Shown here in pieces: positions 1 through 13,498 of a stretch of DNA of 64,000 nucleotides. Position 1 is the first letter of the stretch. Every line of letters begins with the position of its first letter. Origin of the DNA: Pristiophorus japonicus (lineage: Eukaryota); contig NC_091990.1 of assembly GCF_044704955.1 (NCBI RefSeq), forward strand, positions 187,302,001-187,366,000, written 5' to 3'. Below the pieces are notes generated by a model. The model ran no database searches. It worked only from the letters and a program-made list of their open reading frames with translations, and was not told where the DNA came from. The position numbers and the translations under genes were made by a program.

Positions 1-152
1 CTCATTTAGTTTGAGGATAAAGCTGGTTAGATTACAAAATCTGCTATGACCGAAATACTCTTTTATTTTCAGGGATTTAATTTCACTTAATTTTTTTTAA
101 AGCTGATTTGGTGATAAACACGTTCATCTGAAACTCCCAACTTTTCCTACAG

Positions 153-191
153 GAACTAAGCTCAACGTATACTGTGCTAAATCCAGAACAG
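153..191 (+). CDS. AKIP1: AKIP1 penultimate coding exon (ELSSTYTVLNPEQ)
   Basis: cttttcctacag acceptor, CAG|gtgaat donor; 39 nt, phase 0-0, open and in frame with the next exon. Confidence 0.6.
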
Positions 192-652
192 GTGAATTTA
201 AGCAAGCAGGACTAGAAATTGGCTGTGCAGCGCTGGTTTTTCAGGTGCTCCATGGCCTCCCAAAGCTCCAACATGGCGACCAACATGAACATAATCGTTA
301 TGAGCCACAAGTGCTCTATTTGCCATATTGGTAAAAGTCTCAAAATCGTCATGCAGTGTGCATTCCTGAAGAAGGCATTGGCCCCTTTGCATTTGCAAAT
401 AAGGGGCTGAGCGCCTGTTTCAGGTCCCCACTGCAAGATTGGCTTGCCCTGAGATAGCCAGTGCCAGCTGCACATGGGAGGGGGAGGGAAACCAGATCTA
501 CATGCGGCCTAACGGGCGATCCTTATACAGCAGTTGATTTGGCAATAAGGCAGGCAGCTACAGTAATGGTGAGTTTTTTTTACATACAAGCAAATCTACT
601 AATGTGATCTGCTCTTGATGATTGCCTCTTTTTTTTCCTTTTTAACAAACAG

Positions 653-796
653 ATTAAATGCAATGACAAGGTTCATATTCAAGTGGCCCCAGGTTCTTAT
701 GCAGTGACGGCAAAATCAAGAATATCTGATCAAGAGCCGACTCATGTGATACATTTGGGACCAGACCAGACCATCGATCTTGCCTTTACTGTCTGA
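653..796 (+). CDS. AKIP1: AKIP1 (A-kinase interacting protein 1, C11orf17) last coding exon
   Basis: Polypyrimidine tract plus aacag acceptor; translates [47 protein letters not shown], resembling the recalled AKIP1 C-terminus (IEVYPGTYSVT...THVV..DSGQSVDLVF); synteny with C11orf16 and ASCL3. Confidence 0.85.
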   Translation: MKCNDKVHIQVAPGSYAVTAKSRISDQEPTHVIHLGPDQTIDLAFTV

Positions 797-1149
797 AGTG
801 TGTAGAGTACAGTGTTGCAGGGCATGTGGCAATAATGATGTCTATGCAATGATTATCTCACACAACTTTTAATTTAAAATGCCGTACCTCCATGCTGTAG
901 TTGAAGACTGAGTGAAGTAACCATTTCTAAAGTGCCATGCTGCTTAACACATTTGAATGGAATACAATTTTAAAACTGAACATAACTGAATTATGCAGTC
1001 TATTTTTGTATCGTGTTCTTCATGCATGACAATTTTAATTTTAGCTGAAGTACAGATCTTGTATAAATTAATAAATGGAGTAGTGAGATTAATTTTAATA
1101 TACTTACGAAAATGGATGACTAAAAGTCTATCTTGGTAGTGTACTGTTG

Positions 1150-1295
1150 TCACTGTAAATAATGGAACTTTATTGCATTATATTTTGCAAAGTTTCAAAA
1201 TAAAAGCCTGCCACGGTCTTTCCTCCTCCCTTTTCACTAAGTGCATGCATTAGGGTCTATTAAAGGGATCCATTTTAATAGTTTTGACATTTAAC
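1150..1295 (-). other. Candidate non-coding terminal exon of C11orf16
   Basis: Minus-strand acceptor ttctttcacag ending at 1296, minus-strand AATAAA at 1174-1169; matching donor-like CAG|gttcag 16 nt after the C11orf16 stop (5703/5702); 3' end is an estimate. Confidence 0.4.
1199..1204 (+). promoter_or_regulatory. Candidate AKIP1 polyadenylation signal (another AATAAA at 1070-1075)
   Basis: AATAAA about 400 nt after the AKIP1 stop in an AT-rich 3' UTR. Confidence 0.5.
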
Positions 1296-1444
1296 CTGTG
1301 AAAGAATTACCATGTGAGCTCTTGTATGTCAGGATTAAAATCATAATGGATTTTTTGTTGGACATGTAGGTGACATTATCATCGAATTAATCCTTGCATA
1401 ATGACCAGGCTGTCAATCAAACCGAGGGCAAGACTGATTTTGTA

Positions 1445-2075
1445 ACAGCGATAACTTGTATTTATATAGTGCATTTAATGAAGAAAAAATGACCCAAGGT
1501 GCTTCACAAAGAGTTAAGGGGTAAAAATGGACATTGAGTCAAAGATGGAGAGGTTGGGAGTGGTGACCAAAAGCTGGGTGAGAGATGTCTTTTCAGAAGC
1601 TTCTTAAAGGTGGAGAGGTATAGAGCTAATTCCAGAGAGTTGTCTCTGGATATCTCAAGGCATAGCTGTCAATGGTGGAGCGTTGGGAAGAGGTGCACAA
1701 AAGGACAGAAGCAGATGAATGGAGAAGGCGGGATCGGTTATAGGGCTGGAGGTGGTTAGAGATATGGAGGGATTTAAACAGATTTTTAAATTTGAGGCTT
1801 TGGGGCACCCAGAGGGGTCAATGTAGGTCAGTAAGGACAGGAATAATAGGTGAAAGGGACTTAGTTTGGGATAGGATGCCAGGAGCAGTGTTATGGATGA
1901 GCTGAAGCTTGCGGAGGATAGGAGGCCGATGAGAGCATCGAAGCTGGAAGTGACAAAGGGACTGAGAATAGATCAGGTTGTTTGATGCTAAGCTCCTTGT
2001 GACTAGATGAGTAGGGAGTCACGGTGATGCTGAAAGGAGAGGTTGCAGATGTTAATTTTTGTGATAATGACAATG
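1445..2075 (-). mobile_element. L2 LINE 3' fragment, decayed
   Basis: Reverse complement of the L2 tail (aaaggcgctatataaatacaagttgttg) seen in the other L2 copies. Confidence 0.65.
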
Positions 2076-2439
2076 TGGCTGCATCAATCCAGCCTCCTCC
2101 AATACCAGCGCAGAAGTAAGCTTCTGAAATCAATACTTGGAAAAATCTTGCCACTTCATAGAATTTGAGTGCTCACTGTCCCTGCTCTTGGTGGGTCCAT
2201 GGGGAAGAATATAAAATCTGGGCCCTCATGAACAGGTCATCTGTTTAAATGCAATGGTGCACTGCTGATTGACTCTGACTGTATTTTATGTATGTTGCCC
2301 AACTCTCCCTGGAAACATCCTGTGACATAAACATTTAGAGCTGTTATTTACAGCCACTGACTAGGTGCCACTCGTAAAAAGAGGCTTGAGGTTTGGTGCC
2401 AACAGCTGGCATAACTCGCTGGAGTGCTTCTCTGGGAAA

Positions 2440-3500
2440 TAAATAGAAATTACAACATGGAAACAGCCCATCCTGCCAAACTAATTCATGTTGGCGTTGC
2501 CCTCCAAGTGAGAAAATAGTCCCACTCACATTTACCTATCGGGTTCCTATATCCCTTTAACCTCTTTTCATTCATCCATCTATCCAATTTAATCTTGAAT
2601 GTTAACAGTTTAGGCCTCAACCATTAACCTAGGAACTGAATGCCACATCCTCACATTCTCTCTCTCTAAATAAGTTTCTCTTGTTCCCTGTTCTAAATAT
2701 CTTGCATTTAATCTTGTATCTATGGCCCCTTGCTTTAGATCCTTCAACTGCAGTCTGCTTTCATAAGTGTTTAAAATTAACGCCTTACAATCTGCATTGT
2801 TCTAACGGGAAAAAACAAATTTTCAAGTTTTTCTTCATATTTGATTTCCTCATACAGGGCAGCATCCTACTGAATCTTTAATTGTATCCTCTCTAAAGCC
2901 TCAATATCTTTACTATAGTGTGTATCCCAAAACTGCATACAGTATTACTAACTGAAATCATGTAACGGTTTTATTTGGCTTACCAGTAGCTCCTTAATAT
3001 TCTATATCTAGTGATAAAACCTAGAATTTCATAACTTTAATAGCATTATCAACCTTAGGTGCTGCCTTTAATATCCTGTGAACTGTACCCCCAAGTCACT
3101 TTGCCACTCTACAGCACCGAGCCCACTTCCATTCAGGAAATACTGACTTCTTTTACCAAAATGCATTACCTCACACTGATACTGAATTCCATTTGATAAT
3201 TTTTAAGCCCATTCATTCATCTTATCAAAATTCCCTTGGAGCTTCCTTTGGTCTTCTAAAAACATTAATTATACCTCCTATCTAAGCACCATGGGACATT
3301 TTGCTATGTTAAAGGTGCTGTTAAATGTAAGTTGTTTTGGTGGTATCTGCAAACTTCCAACACCACTCCTCTGATCCCATATCCAAATCTTTGGTATACA
3401 CAGTGAGCAGGAGTGGCCCCAGAACTGAGTGCTGTGGGACACTACTGCCCAGTCTTTTCTCTCTCTATCTTTGGAAGAGATCTATATATTATCATCTTGG
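2440..3500 (-). mobile_element. Old CR1 LINE 3' fragment, heavily decayed
   Basis: Antisense remnants of RT C-terminal motifs (cccaaaactgcatacagtatt; ggccccagaactgag = GVPQ.SVLGP region). Confidence 0.6.
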
Positions 3501-3859
3501 GTCTGTAGACCCTCTGACATAGGCACCACCCAAAACATAGATACCTATGTTCAGAATGCCAGATTTTCAAGACTTCCCTCCTCCCTGACCTCATCACCTT
3601 CCTATAAGCATAGAAACAATGGAATTCCAAAAGGAGAATTCATTATATCATTATTTATAAGGTTACACTGACTTCAAATTCTTTGCAAATAACAACTTCC
3701 TTTAAATCCTTGATAACTCAGAATTGTACAGTAATGGAAGTCTCTTCTGGTGCCTACATTCCAGCAGGAATATTGTATTCAGTAATCTCTAGCCATTGAG
3801 ATGCTTTACCACACCTTGGACACAATACTGGTACCAGATCTGGTTTATGGAAGGATCAC

Positions 3860-5450
3860 CCCACTAGTTACAGCCTGCCAACCTGAAAATGACCTATTTA
3901 ACCTTACTCTCTGTTTTCTGTCTGTTAACCAATCCTCTATATTACCCCAACCCCTTTAGCCCTTATCTTATGTAGCAACCTTTTATGTGGCATCTTATCG
4001 AATGCCTTTTGGAAATCCAAATATTCTACCTCCACTGGTTCCCCTTTATCTACCCTGCAAGTTACATCCTCAAAATCTCTAATAAATTTGTCAAACACAA
4101 TTTCCCTTTCATAAAACCATGTTGAATCTGCTTAATCATATTATGATTTTCTAAGTGTCCTGTTACTACTTCCTTAATAATGGATTCCTGCATTTCTCTG
4201 AAGACTGATGTCAGGCTAATTGACCTGAAGTTCCCTGTTTTCTCTCTCCCTCTTTTCTTGAATAGCAGGGTTACATTTGTTGTTTTCCAATCTATTGGGA
4301 CCATTCTAGAATCTGGGGAATTTTGGAAGATCGCAACCAATGCATCCACTATCGCTCAGGCACCTCTTCTAGGATGTAGGGCATCAGGTCCAGGGGATTT
4401 GTCAGCTTTTAGTCCCATTAGTTTTTCAAGTACTTTTTCTCGACTGATATTAATTTCTTTAAGTTCCTCACTCATTAGTCTCTTGGTTCCCCACTATTTC
4501 TGGTGTGCTTTTTATGTCTTCTACTCTGAAGGAAGATACAAAATATTTGTTTAAAATCTCTGCCATTTCCTTATTCCCCATTATAATTTCTCCTGCCTCA
4601 GCCTCTAAGGAACCAATGCTTACTTTTGCCACTCTCTTCCATTTTACATACTTATAGAAACTCACAATCTGTTTTTATATTTCTCTTTTCTCCCTTTTTG
4701 TCAATTCTTTGCTGATTTCTAAAGCTCTCCCAATCCTCAGGCATACTACTATTCTTCGTTACATTATAAGCCTTTTCTTTTAATCTAATACTATCCTTAA
4801 CATCTTTAGTTAGCCATGGATGGATCACTTTTCCCGTGGAGTTTTTATTTATCAATGGAATGTATATTAGTTGAGAATTTTGGAATATTTCTTTAAATGT
4901 TTGCCACTGCTTATCTACCTCCATACCTGTTAATCTAATTTCCCATGCTCCTTATCCACCCCGCCCCCCTCTTTAATACCTGCCATTGGCTTTATTTAAG
5001 TTTAAAACTCTCGTTTCAGATTTATGTATGTTACTCTCAAACTCAATGAGAAATTCTATTATAATCACTCTTCCCCAGAGGATCCTTTACTATGAGATTA
5101 CCAATTAACCCTGTCTCCGCACACAATACAAGATCTAAAATTGCCTGTTCCCTGGTTGATTCCACAATGTATTGTTCTAGGAAACTGACTCGAATGCATT
5201 CCATGAACGCGTCCTGCAGATTACTTTTGCCAATTTAATTTGCCTAGTCTTCCACGATTGTTGCATTACCTTTTTTACAAGCTCCTATTATTTCTTGATT
5301 AATACAATGTCTAATGGTATAGCTACTATTAGGGGGCCCATAAACTACTCCCACCAGTGTTTTCAGCTCATTGTTATTTCTTATCTCCACCTATACTAAT
5401 TCTGCTTTCTGATCTTCTGAGCCGAGATCCTTTCTCACTATCCTTATGAA
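3860..5450 (-). mobile_element. CR1 LINE ORF2 fragment (endonuclease end, tether, RT start)
   Basis: ORFs 4062-4349, 4468-4665 and 4652-4924 with DWKTTNVT, SLTSV and [15 protein letters not shown]; frameshifted. Confidence 0.85.
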
Positions 5451-5718
5451 CAGATTAACTTGGGTTTAAAGAAGAGGAGAATAAAGACTGGATAGAGAAA
5501 AATAAATCACAAATTTAAGAAAAATAATATTAAACAATACACAACATTAGTGTATGAAAATGAATGATGTGGATCCTGGATCTCATGTCACAGATACTAA
5601 TGGCTCTTGAGATCAGATGCTGTATTTCTGTCTCTGGAATGTGCTGCCGAATATTATCTGACATTTATATAGGGTCTATTGTGGTAACAGCATAGACTGA
5701 ACCTGGTAAAACTTCTGT

Positions 5719-5850
5719 CTAAAATGATGAAACACGTTTCATTTGATGCTTTCTTCTTCCTGTCTCTCGTTCTTCAGTCAACCTCTCTGCTTCATGGAAC
5801 TTTTCTGCCAGCATTTTATTGTATTGTTCCATTTGCTTCCTTCTAGCTTC
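5719..5850 (-). CDS. C11orf16: C11orf16 orthologue, last coding exon (EARRKQMEQY...KRVSSF*)
   Basis: catgttttctag acceptor, phase 0 matches previous exon; charged coiled-coil-like 43 aa then TAG. Confidence 0.7.
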   Translation of the reverse strand, partial: EARRKQMEQYNKMLAEKFHEAERLTEERETGRRKHQMKRVSSF

Positions 5851-6054
5851 CTAGAAAACATGAATAATGAGACATTATAACATTTTGTTTTAATTCACGC
5901 ATCCTTTTTTCTTCTTTTTGAAGAAGTGATGGTAATAGATCAGGAAGCAGGTAAAGAAGAATGTCGTTGGATGACCTGATACTACAGTTAGTTATGTGTG
6001 CCTCATACAATCCACCTGTACAGAGACAGGGAATAATAAAGGACATTGGTCAAC

Positions 6055-6360
6055 ACTGGTTGGGGATTCTAGGACGAGGGGGCATAGTCAAAAAATTAGA
6101 GCCAGACCTTTCAGGAGTGAAATTAGGAAACACTTCTATACATTAAGGGTGGTAGAAGTTTGGAACTCTCTTCTGCAAACAGCAATTGATGCTAGATCAA
6201 TTGATAATTTTAAAATCAGAGATTGATAGCTTCCTGTTAAAGTTATTAAGGGATATGGGCCAAAGATTGGTATATGGAGTTGGTCACAGATCAGCCATGA
6301 TCTCATTGAATGGCAGAGCAGGCTCGATGAGCTGAATGGCTTATTCCTGTTGCTATGTTC
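6055..6360 (+). mobile_element. CR1 3' end fragment
   Basis: TRGH...RVV.VWNSL motif and conserved 3' UTR gatcagccatgatctcattgaatggc. Confidence 0.8.
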
Positions 6361-6574
6361 CAAGAAAGAAAATTTACACTCGAGTGTATTAAACCAAAGA
6401 TTTTGCAGATGAATGTTTTTGAGTCCAGTTGTTCTTTCTGAATATTTCATTTGTGCTAATAATTACTGATGATGGGGACTGGTTGATACAGTGAACTAAC
6501 TAGCTTCTCAACTCTGGTCTCCATACAGCCTAGGTTTGTGGAATAAAAGTTTCCTCTTTCTGTTGACTATGGAT

Positions 6575-7040
6575 AAACTTAAGCTCATCCAAAACTCTGC
6601 TGCCTGTATCCTAACTCGCACCAAATCCCGTTCATCTATCATCCCTGTGCTCTCTGACCTACATTGGCTCCTGGTCCAGCAACATCTCGATTTTAAAGTT
6701 TTGAATGAGCTGAAATTTACAGAGAATTGAGGAAGATGGAAGGCGCTGAATAGCTGGTCTCAATGTTTGTCACAAAGAAGTCCATGAGCGCCTCACACCT
6801 GTTGGAGGTGAGGGTGGAAGGGATAGGGGAGGGAGATTCAAGGAAACACTTGGTACTGTAGAAGTGAAGCTGTGGGTTATCTTTGCTTTCAAGGATGATC
6901 CTGGAGCAGTGAGCAGTTTTTGCAGAAGAGAGAGAGGCCTGATAGTGTTTGATGTGGTCCAGCAAGGTCTGGTGATAGAGGGTTAACTGAGTTGTGTGCC
7001 AGATATGCTTGTCTGTGCTCTTGAACTTGAGGGAGTGATT
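6575..7040. mobile_element. L2 fragments in both orientations
   Basis: + LIQNSAACILTRTK..LHWL (6575-6700); - strand ORF 6717-6965 resembling L2 ORF2 tether. Confidence 0.6.
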
Positions 7041-9334
7041 ATAACATTGAGAGAGTGGAATAAAACAGAGAATTAAACCAGTTCACAATAGGAGCCAGTA
7101 ATGCAATGTGGGTGCCATTTATCCTGTCATCCTGCTGCCTAGAAATCATCACAAAATGGATGAATTGCCCTTCTCTTGTGAAGATGGTATTGGTAACCTG
7201 TCATATGCAGGACCACACTACACCCTGGCTAACGTTGCCTAAGTCCACGATTGTAGCTTGGGAGGTATCTATGGCATAACAATTGAGAGCTATGATGCAG
7301 GAGCCGAAGAGGAGAGGAGACAGATTTTTGAATATTAAGGGAATCAAGGGCTATGGGGACAGTGCAGTTGAGGTAGAAGATCAGCAATGATCTTGTTGAA
7401 TGACAGAGCAGGCTCCTAATTCTCATGTTCTTATGTAAGACTTAGACAGCCATGAACAGAGAAGTTCTGTAACTTCATCGGATCCGTAAGTCATCATGCA
7501 AAAGGTGGTACAGCTTCCTTAGTGAAATACAGTCACCAAAAGCAGACTCCTCAATCAGCCCCTCAAAAAATCTGCGAGGCCTATATATTTGTTGTGGGGG
7601 TAATAATTGGTTGAACTATCCTCCTTTGATGTTAACTCACCCTCCTTTTCTCCCTTTTGTTCTATTCCTACACAAAAGAATCCCATGTTACTCTACCTTA
7701 CTGTGAGTGTGTGTGTGGGGGGGAAGGCAGTCAAAAACATGCTGCTTACCAGAGAGACTCTCTAACAGTTTGAAGTGTGACTTAGTTGCTCCACACAGCA
7801 GAAGAAACCATTTCTCAAAAGATGCAGGCAAATGTGAGATATTGGCAAAAGTATTCAATGCATTAAGTACATTTTAAAAGTTCACATTTCCCTTTTAGGT
7901 CAATTCCAAAGAAGGTTGTGCCACATTTATCTGTATGTAACTTACCCTGAAGATAATTACATCTAATGGGGATACAACAGCCAGGAATCTTGGTCCCTTA
8001 AGCCATTCAGCTAATTTGCATGTATGTGAAGGAACAAATGTAGCAAGTGACACCTCCGACTCAGACCGGAAATTTTGGGGAACAAAAAATAGCTGGAACA
8101 ATTGTGGAAATTGATCTCACCTAGAATTATGAACCTCCAAATTGTATTCTGCTGCCACTGTGCTCCTGATATTTTCACCAGCATTGAGCAGCAAGTCTAC
8201 TAAGGCTTGTAGGTGTCATTGGAGAACTCAGTTGGGGATCTAGTGCACTGCATCCATCTTGGAACAATGGGCTAACTGGTGGGTTATGGTGGTGAACAAT
8301 ATGTAAACACACAAAATATAGAACACAAAAAAGATTTGAATAGGTTTCATGGTGCTGAGTATTGGGGACAAACTTCAAACCAGCACAAAGTGGCTTCTAT
8401 ATTTTTTACTTCCTGAAGGGCTGCACCGTGGAATAATATTCCAAGTGCAATATTATGGTTTTTCAGAGCTCAAGATGAGTTTTGAAGATATTTATTGGAG
8501 GATCTAAGAGATATCTGTTTCAACTGTTGATTTATATTCGTACCTAGAGGTCCTGCTGCATGCCACCTGCAGCTTTAACACAGTCCTTCAGAACCATGCT
8601 GAGAAGGGACGAAGGGCATTTTAATCTTTCTTGCACTTCAATAAAAAAATAACATTTCTACGGCACTTCTCATATCTTCAGGACGTCCCAAAGCACTTAC
8701 AAACAATGAAGTAGCATTGAAGTAGTCACTGTGACGGGCAAATTGGAATCAAAGATTGGCAGGCAAAACTGTAATCAAATAATGGACTGCCTTTAAAGAG
8801 GAGAGGGTTCAGGTACAGTCGAGGTACATTCCCACGAGGGGGAAAGGTAGGGCAACCATAGCCAGAGCTCGCTGGATGATGAAAGAGATAGAGAGTACAA
8901 TGAAGCAGAAAAAGGAGCATATGACAGACATCACGTTAAGAATACAAGTGAGAATAAGGTTGAATATAGAAAGGTCAAAGGGGAAGTGAAAAAGGAATTA
9001 AGAGGAGCAAAGAGGGAGTATGAGAATAGACCGGCAGCTAACATAAAAGGAATCCAAAAGTCTTCTATAGGCATATAAATAGTAAACAGGTAGTAAGAGG
9101 AGGGGTGGGGCTGATTAAGGACCAAAAAAGATACCTACGCATGGAGGCAGAGGGCATGGCTGAGGTACTAAATGAATACTTTGCATCTGTCTTTACCAAG
9201 GAAGAAGATGCTGCCAAAGTTATAGTGAAAATGAGATAGTTAAGATACTGGATGGGATAAAATTTGATAAAGAGGAGGTACTAGAAAGGCTGGCTGTATT
9301 TAAAGTAGATAAGTCACCAGGACTGGATGTGATG

Positions 9335-9619
9335 TATTGTGTCTGTAAGCACTCTAGTAATGACTCCACGAGGCAAGGTATTGTACTTGAACTGTGGTGA
9401 CCTTAGTCCATTTATTACAGCTCCTGAGTGAGGGTACAGCGTGGTGAGCTCCCTTTTATACCTGGTTACCTGTCGTGTACAGGTGACCCCTAGGTCTCCA
9501 CCAGTTGCACCCTCTGGTGGTACAGGCATAGTGTATACAGTGTGAAGGTACATCCAGTGGTCTTATGTAACTGTACATTGAGTGTACAGAGTGTATACTT
9601 ATATTATACATACACAACA
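9335..9619 (-). mobile_element. Solo LTR, short family, copy 1
   Basis: 5-bp TSD TGATG (9330-34, 9620-24); ends TATTGTG...CACAACA; minus-strand TATAAAA and AATAAA; homologous to 38101-38395 and 46780-47013. Confidence 0.8.
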
Positions 9620-10029
9620 TGATGCATCCTAGGATGCTGAGGGAAGTAAAGATGGAAACTGCAGAGGTACTGGCCATAATCTTCCAATCCTCCTTAGACA
9701 TAGGGTGGTACCAGAGGAATGGAGAATTGCAAATGTTGCACCCTTGTTCAAAAAAGGCTATATGGATAAACCCAGCAAATACAGGCCAGTCAGTTTAACT
9801 TAAGCATTGGGGAAGCTTTTAGAAACAATAATCTGGGACAAAATTAACAGTCACTTGGACAAGTGTGGATTAATTAAGGAAAGCCAACACAGATTTGTTA
9901 GAGGCAAACCATGTTTAACCAACTTGATTGAGTTTTTTGATGAGGTAACAGAAAGGGTTGATGAGGGCAATGCGATTAAAGTGGTGTACATGGATTTCCA
10001 ATAGGCGTTTGATAAAGTAGCACATAATA

Positions 10030-11475
10030 CAACACTGCCATCTATCTGACAACGTGGAAAACTGCCCAGGTATGTCCTGTCCACAAAACGCAGGACAAAT
10101 CCAATCCGGCCAATTACCGCCCCATCAGTCTACTCTCAATCATCAGCAAAGTGATGGATGGTGTCGTCGACAGTGCTATCAAGCGGCATTTACTCACCAA
10201 TAATCTGCTCACCGATGCTCAGTTTGGGTTCCACCAGGACGACTCGGCTCTAGACCGCTTTACAGCCTTGGTCTAAACATGGACAAAACTGCTGAATTCC
10301 TGAGGTGAGAGTGACTGCCCTTGACATCAAGGCAGCATTTGACAGAGTGTGGCATCAAGGAGCCCGAGTAAAATTGAAGTCAATGGGAATCAGGGGGAAA
10401 ACTCTCCATTGGATGGAGTCATACCTAGCACAAAGGAAGATGGCTGTGGTGTTGGTGGTCAATCATTCCAGCCCAGGACATCACTGCAGGAGTTCCTCAG
10501 GGCAAAGTCCTGAGCTCAACCATCTTCAGGTGCTTCATTAATAACCTTCCCTCCATCATAAGGTCAAAAGTGGGGATATTCGCTGATGAATGCACAATGT
10601 TCAATTCTATTCTTAATTCCTCAGAAAATAAAGCAGTCCATGCCAGCATGCAGCACGACCTAGACCATATTCAGGCTTGGGCTGATAAGTGGCAAATAAC
10701 ATTCGCTCCACACAAGCGCTAGGCAATGACCATCTCCAACAAGCGACAGTCTATCCACCACCCCTTGACAATCAGCGGCAATACCATTGCTGAATCCTCC
10801 ACCTTCAACATCCTGGGTCACCATTGACCAGAAACTTAACTGGACCATCATATAAATACTGTGGCTACAAGAGCGGGTCAGAGGCTGGGTATTCTGTGGC
10901 GAGTATCTCACCTCCTGACTCCCCAAAGCCTTTCTACCATCTGCAAGGCACAAGGAGTGTGATAGAATATTCTTCACTTGCCTGGATGAGTGCAGCTTCA
11001 CTAACACTCAAGAAGCTCGACACCATCCAGGACAAGGCAGCCCGTTTGATTGGCATCCCATCCATCATCTTAAACATTCAGTGCCTCCACCATTGGTGCA
11101 CCGTGGCTGCAGTGTGTACCATCTACAAGATGCACTGCAACAACACGCCAAGGCTTCTTCGGCAGCACCTCCCAAACCCACGACCTCTATCACCGAGAAG
11201 GACAAGGCAGCAGGCGCATGGGAACACCATCACCTCCAAGTTCCCCTCCAAGTTACACACCATCCTGACTTGCAAATATATCGCCGTTCCTTCATCGTCG
11301 CTGGGTCAAAATCCTGGAACTCTCTTCCTAACAATACTATGAGAGTTCCTTCACCACAAGGATTGCAGCGGTTCAAGAAGGCAGCTCACCATCACATTCT
11401 CTCGGGCAATTAGGGATGGGCAATAAATGCCGGCCTTGGCAGCGACACCCACATCCTGGAATGAATTTTTTTTAA
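10030..11475 (+). mobile_element. Second LINE family (CR1/L2-group RT), 3' portion, nested in CR1
   Basis: ALDIKAAFDRVWH, FADE and LDTIQDKAARLIG motifs; tail gggcaataaatgccggcc...; host CR1 resumes in register at taggcttgccagc. Confidence 0.8.
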
Positions 11476-11933
11476 ATAGGCTTGCCAGCAAAGTTGAAGC
11501 CCATGGAATAAAAGGGACAATGGCAGCATGGATACAAAATTGGCTAAGTGGGAAATTGGAAGGTGAACAGTCATTTTCAGACTGAAGGATTGTATACAGT
11601 GGTGTTCCCCAGGGGTCAGTACGAGGACCACTGCTTTTCTTGATGTATATTAATGACTTATTCTTGAGTGTACAGGGCACAATTTCAAAATTTGCAAAAG
11701 ACACAAAACTTGGAAGTAAGGAAAACAGTGAGGAGAATAGTGATAGAGGGCATAGACAGGCCGGTGTAATGGGCAGACACATGACCGATGGAATTTAATG
11801 CAGAAAAGTGCAGTGATACATTTTGGTAGGAAGAACAAGCAACAGTAATTAAACTAAAGGATACAATTCTAAAGTGGGTGCATGAACAGAGAGATCTGCG
11901 GGTATATGTGTACAAATTGTTGAAGGTGACAGG

Positions 11934-12050
11934 ACATAGAAACATAGAAAATAGGTACAGGAGTTCATGGCTGAACATGCAACTTCAGTACCCCATTCCT
12001 GCTTTCTCGCCATACCCCTTGATCCCCCTAGTAGTAAGGACTACATCTAA
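11934..12050 (-). mobile_element. CR1 3' tail fragment nested in CR1
   Basis: (catagaaa)n followed by antisense CR1 3' UTR. Confidence 0.75.
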
Positions 12051-13040
12051 CAGATTGAGAAAGCGGTTAAAAATTCATACAAGCTTTATAAATAGAGGTA
12101 TAGAGTACAAAAGCGTGGAAATGATGATGAACCTGTATAAAACACTGGTTCGGCCTCAACTGGAGTGCTGTATTCAAATCTGGGCATCTCACTTTAGAAA
12201 GGATGTGAAGGCCTTAGAGAGGGTGCAGAGAGGATTTACAAGAATGGTTCCAGGGATGAGGGACTTACCTTAAGTGGATAGACTGGAGAAGCTGGGGTTG
12301 TTCTCCTTAGAGCAGAGAAGGTTGAGAGGCGGATTTGATAGAGGTGTTCAAACTCATGAGGGGTCTGGACAGAGTAGATAGAATCTGTCCCCACTGGTGG
12401 AAGTTCAAGGACCAGAGGACACAGATTTAAGGTGATTGGCAGAAGGCGACATGAGGAAAAACTTTTTTATGCAGCGAGTGGTTAAGATCTGGAATGCACT
12501 GCCTGAAAGGGTGGTGGAGGCAGACTCAATTATGGCTTTCAAAAGGAAACTGGATAAGTACCTGAAGGAAAATAATTTGCAGTGCTACAGGGAATGGGCG
12601 GGGGTGTGGGACTAGCTGAAGTGCTCTTTCGGAGAGCTGGCACAGACTCAACAGGCCAAATGACCTCCTTCTGTGCTATAACCATTCTATGATTCTACGA
12701 TTCTATGGCTATGAAGGCAAATTTGGCAGCAAATTTGCACACAGCAAGATCTCTTAAAGAGTGATGAGATAAATGACCAGTAATTATATTTTGGTAGTAT
12801 TGGTTAAGAGATAAATGTTGACCTAATTTATGTGCTCAAGTCACTGACAACAAATATCAGGAACTTACAATGTGGGGAATCATATGCACAAACCCATATT
12901 ACACAGTCCCCAGTGTGATACATTTAAACAGCAATTCATTGCATTATATCCCCTCCAACCCCAACTAATGAAAAACGTAACAAAGTCATGGCACTATTGT
13001 TTATAACGTGTAACTTCTGTGTAGAAAAATCAATTTACTG

Positions 13041-13452
13041 TGTCAGCTGTGGCTCAGTGGTGGCACTCTTGCCTGTGTGTCAGAAAAGTCAAACCCCACT
13101 CCAGGACTTGAGCACAAAATTTTGAAGGAGTATTGCACTGTTGGAGGTGCTGTCGTTTGGACATGTGATGTAAAACGAGATCCTGTCTGCCCTCACATAA
13201 AATAACCTATGGCACTTATTGAAGAAGAGCAGGGCAAATCTCCGGGTGTCCTGGTGAACATTTATTCGTCAACTAAATCACTAATAAACTTTAATTGGTC
13301 ATTCATCCCATTACTGTTTGTAGGACCTTGCTGTGCGCAAATTGACTGCTGTGTTTTCTTCTACTGCAACAGTGACCGCATTTCAAAAAGTAATTAATTG
13401 GCTGTGAAGCACTTTGGAATGTAAAAGGTGCTATATAAATGTGTTCTTTTTT
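13041..13452 (+). mobile_element. tRNA-derived SINE, DeuSINE/SacSINE1-like, with L2-type tail
   Basis: A-box tggctcagtgg; central gaagaagagcaggg...ttgctgtgcgcaaattg block; L2-like tail aaaggtgctatataaatg; second copy at 25806-26273. Confidence 0.7.
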
Positions 13453-13498
13453 TCTAAGTGTTTTACTTTCCAAAGGAACAGTTTCCTGAGTAAGTTAC

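Larger units (their letters stand above)
8730..12705 (+). mobile_element. 5'-truncated CR1 LINE with (ATTCTATG)-type tail, split by three later insertions
   Basis: Collinear ORF2 remnants (KSPGLD..HPR, SQH.FVRGK.CLTNLIEFF, LYKTLVRPQLE) ending attctatgattctacgattctatg. Confidence 0.85.

Noticed and set aside
5843-6046. ORF ...QKEEKRMRELKQN as an additional C11orf16 exon
   Set aside because: No suitable splice sites found, and it runs into the acceptor of the 5850 exon in another frame
13041-13120. tRNA gene
   Set aside because: Degenerate SINE head continuing into SINE body and tail; no full cloverleaf
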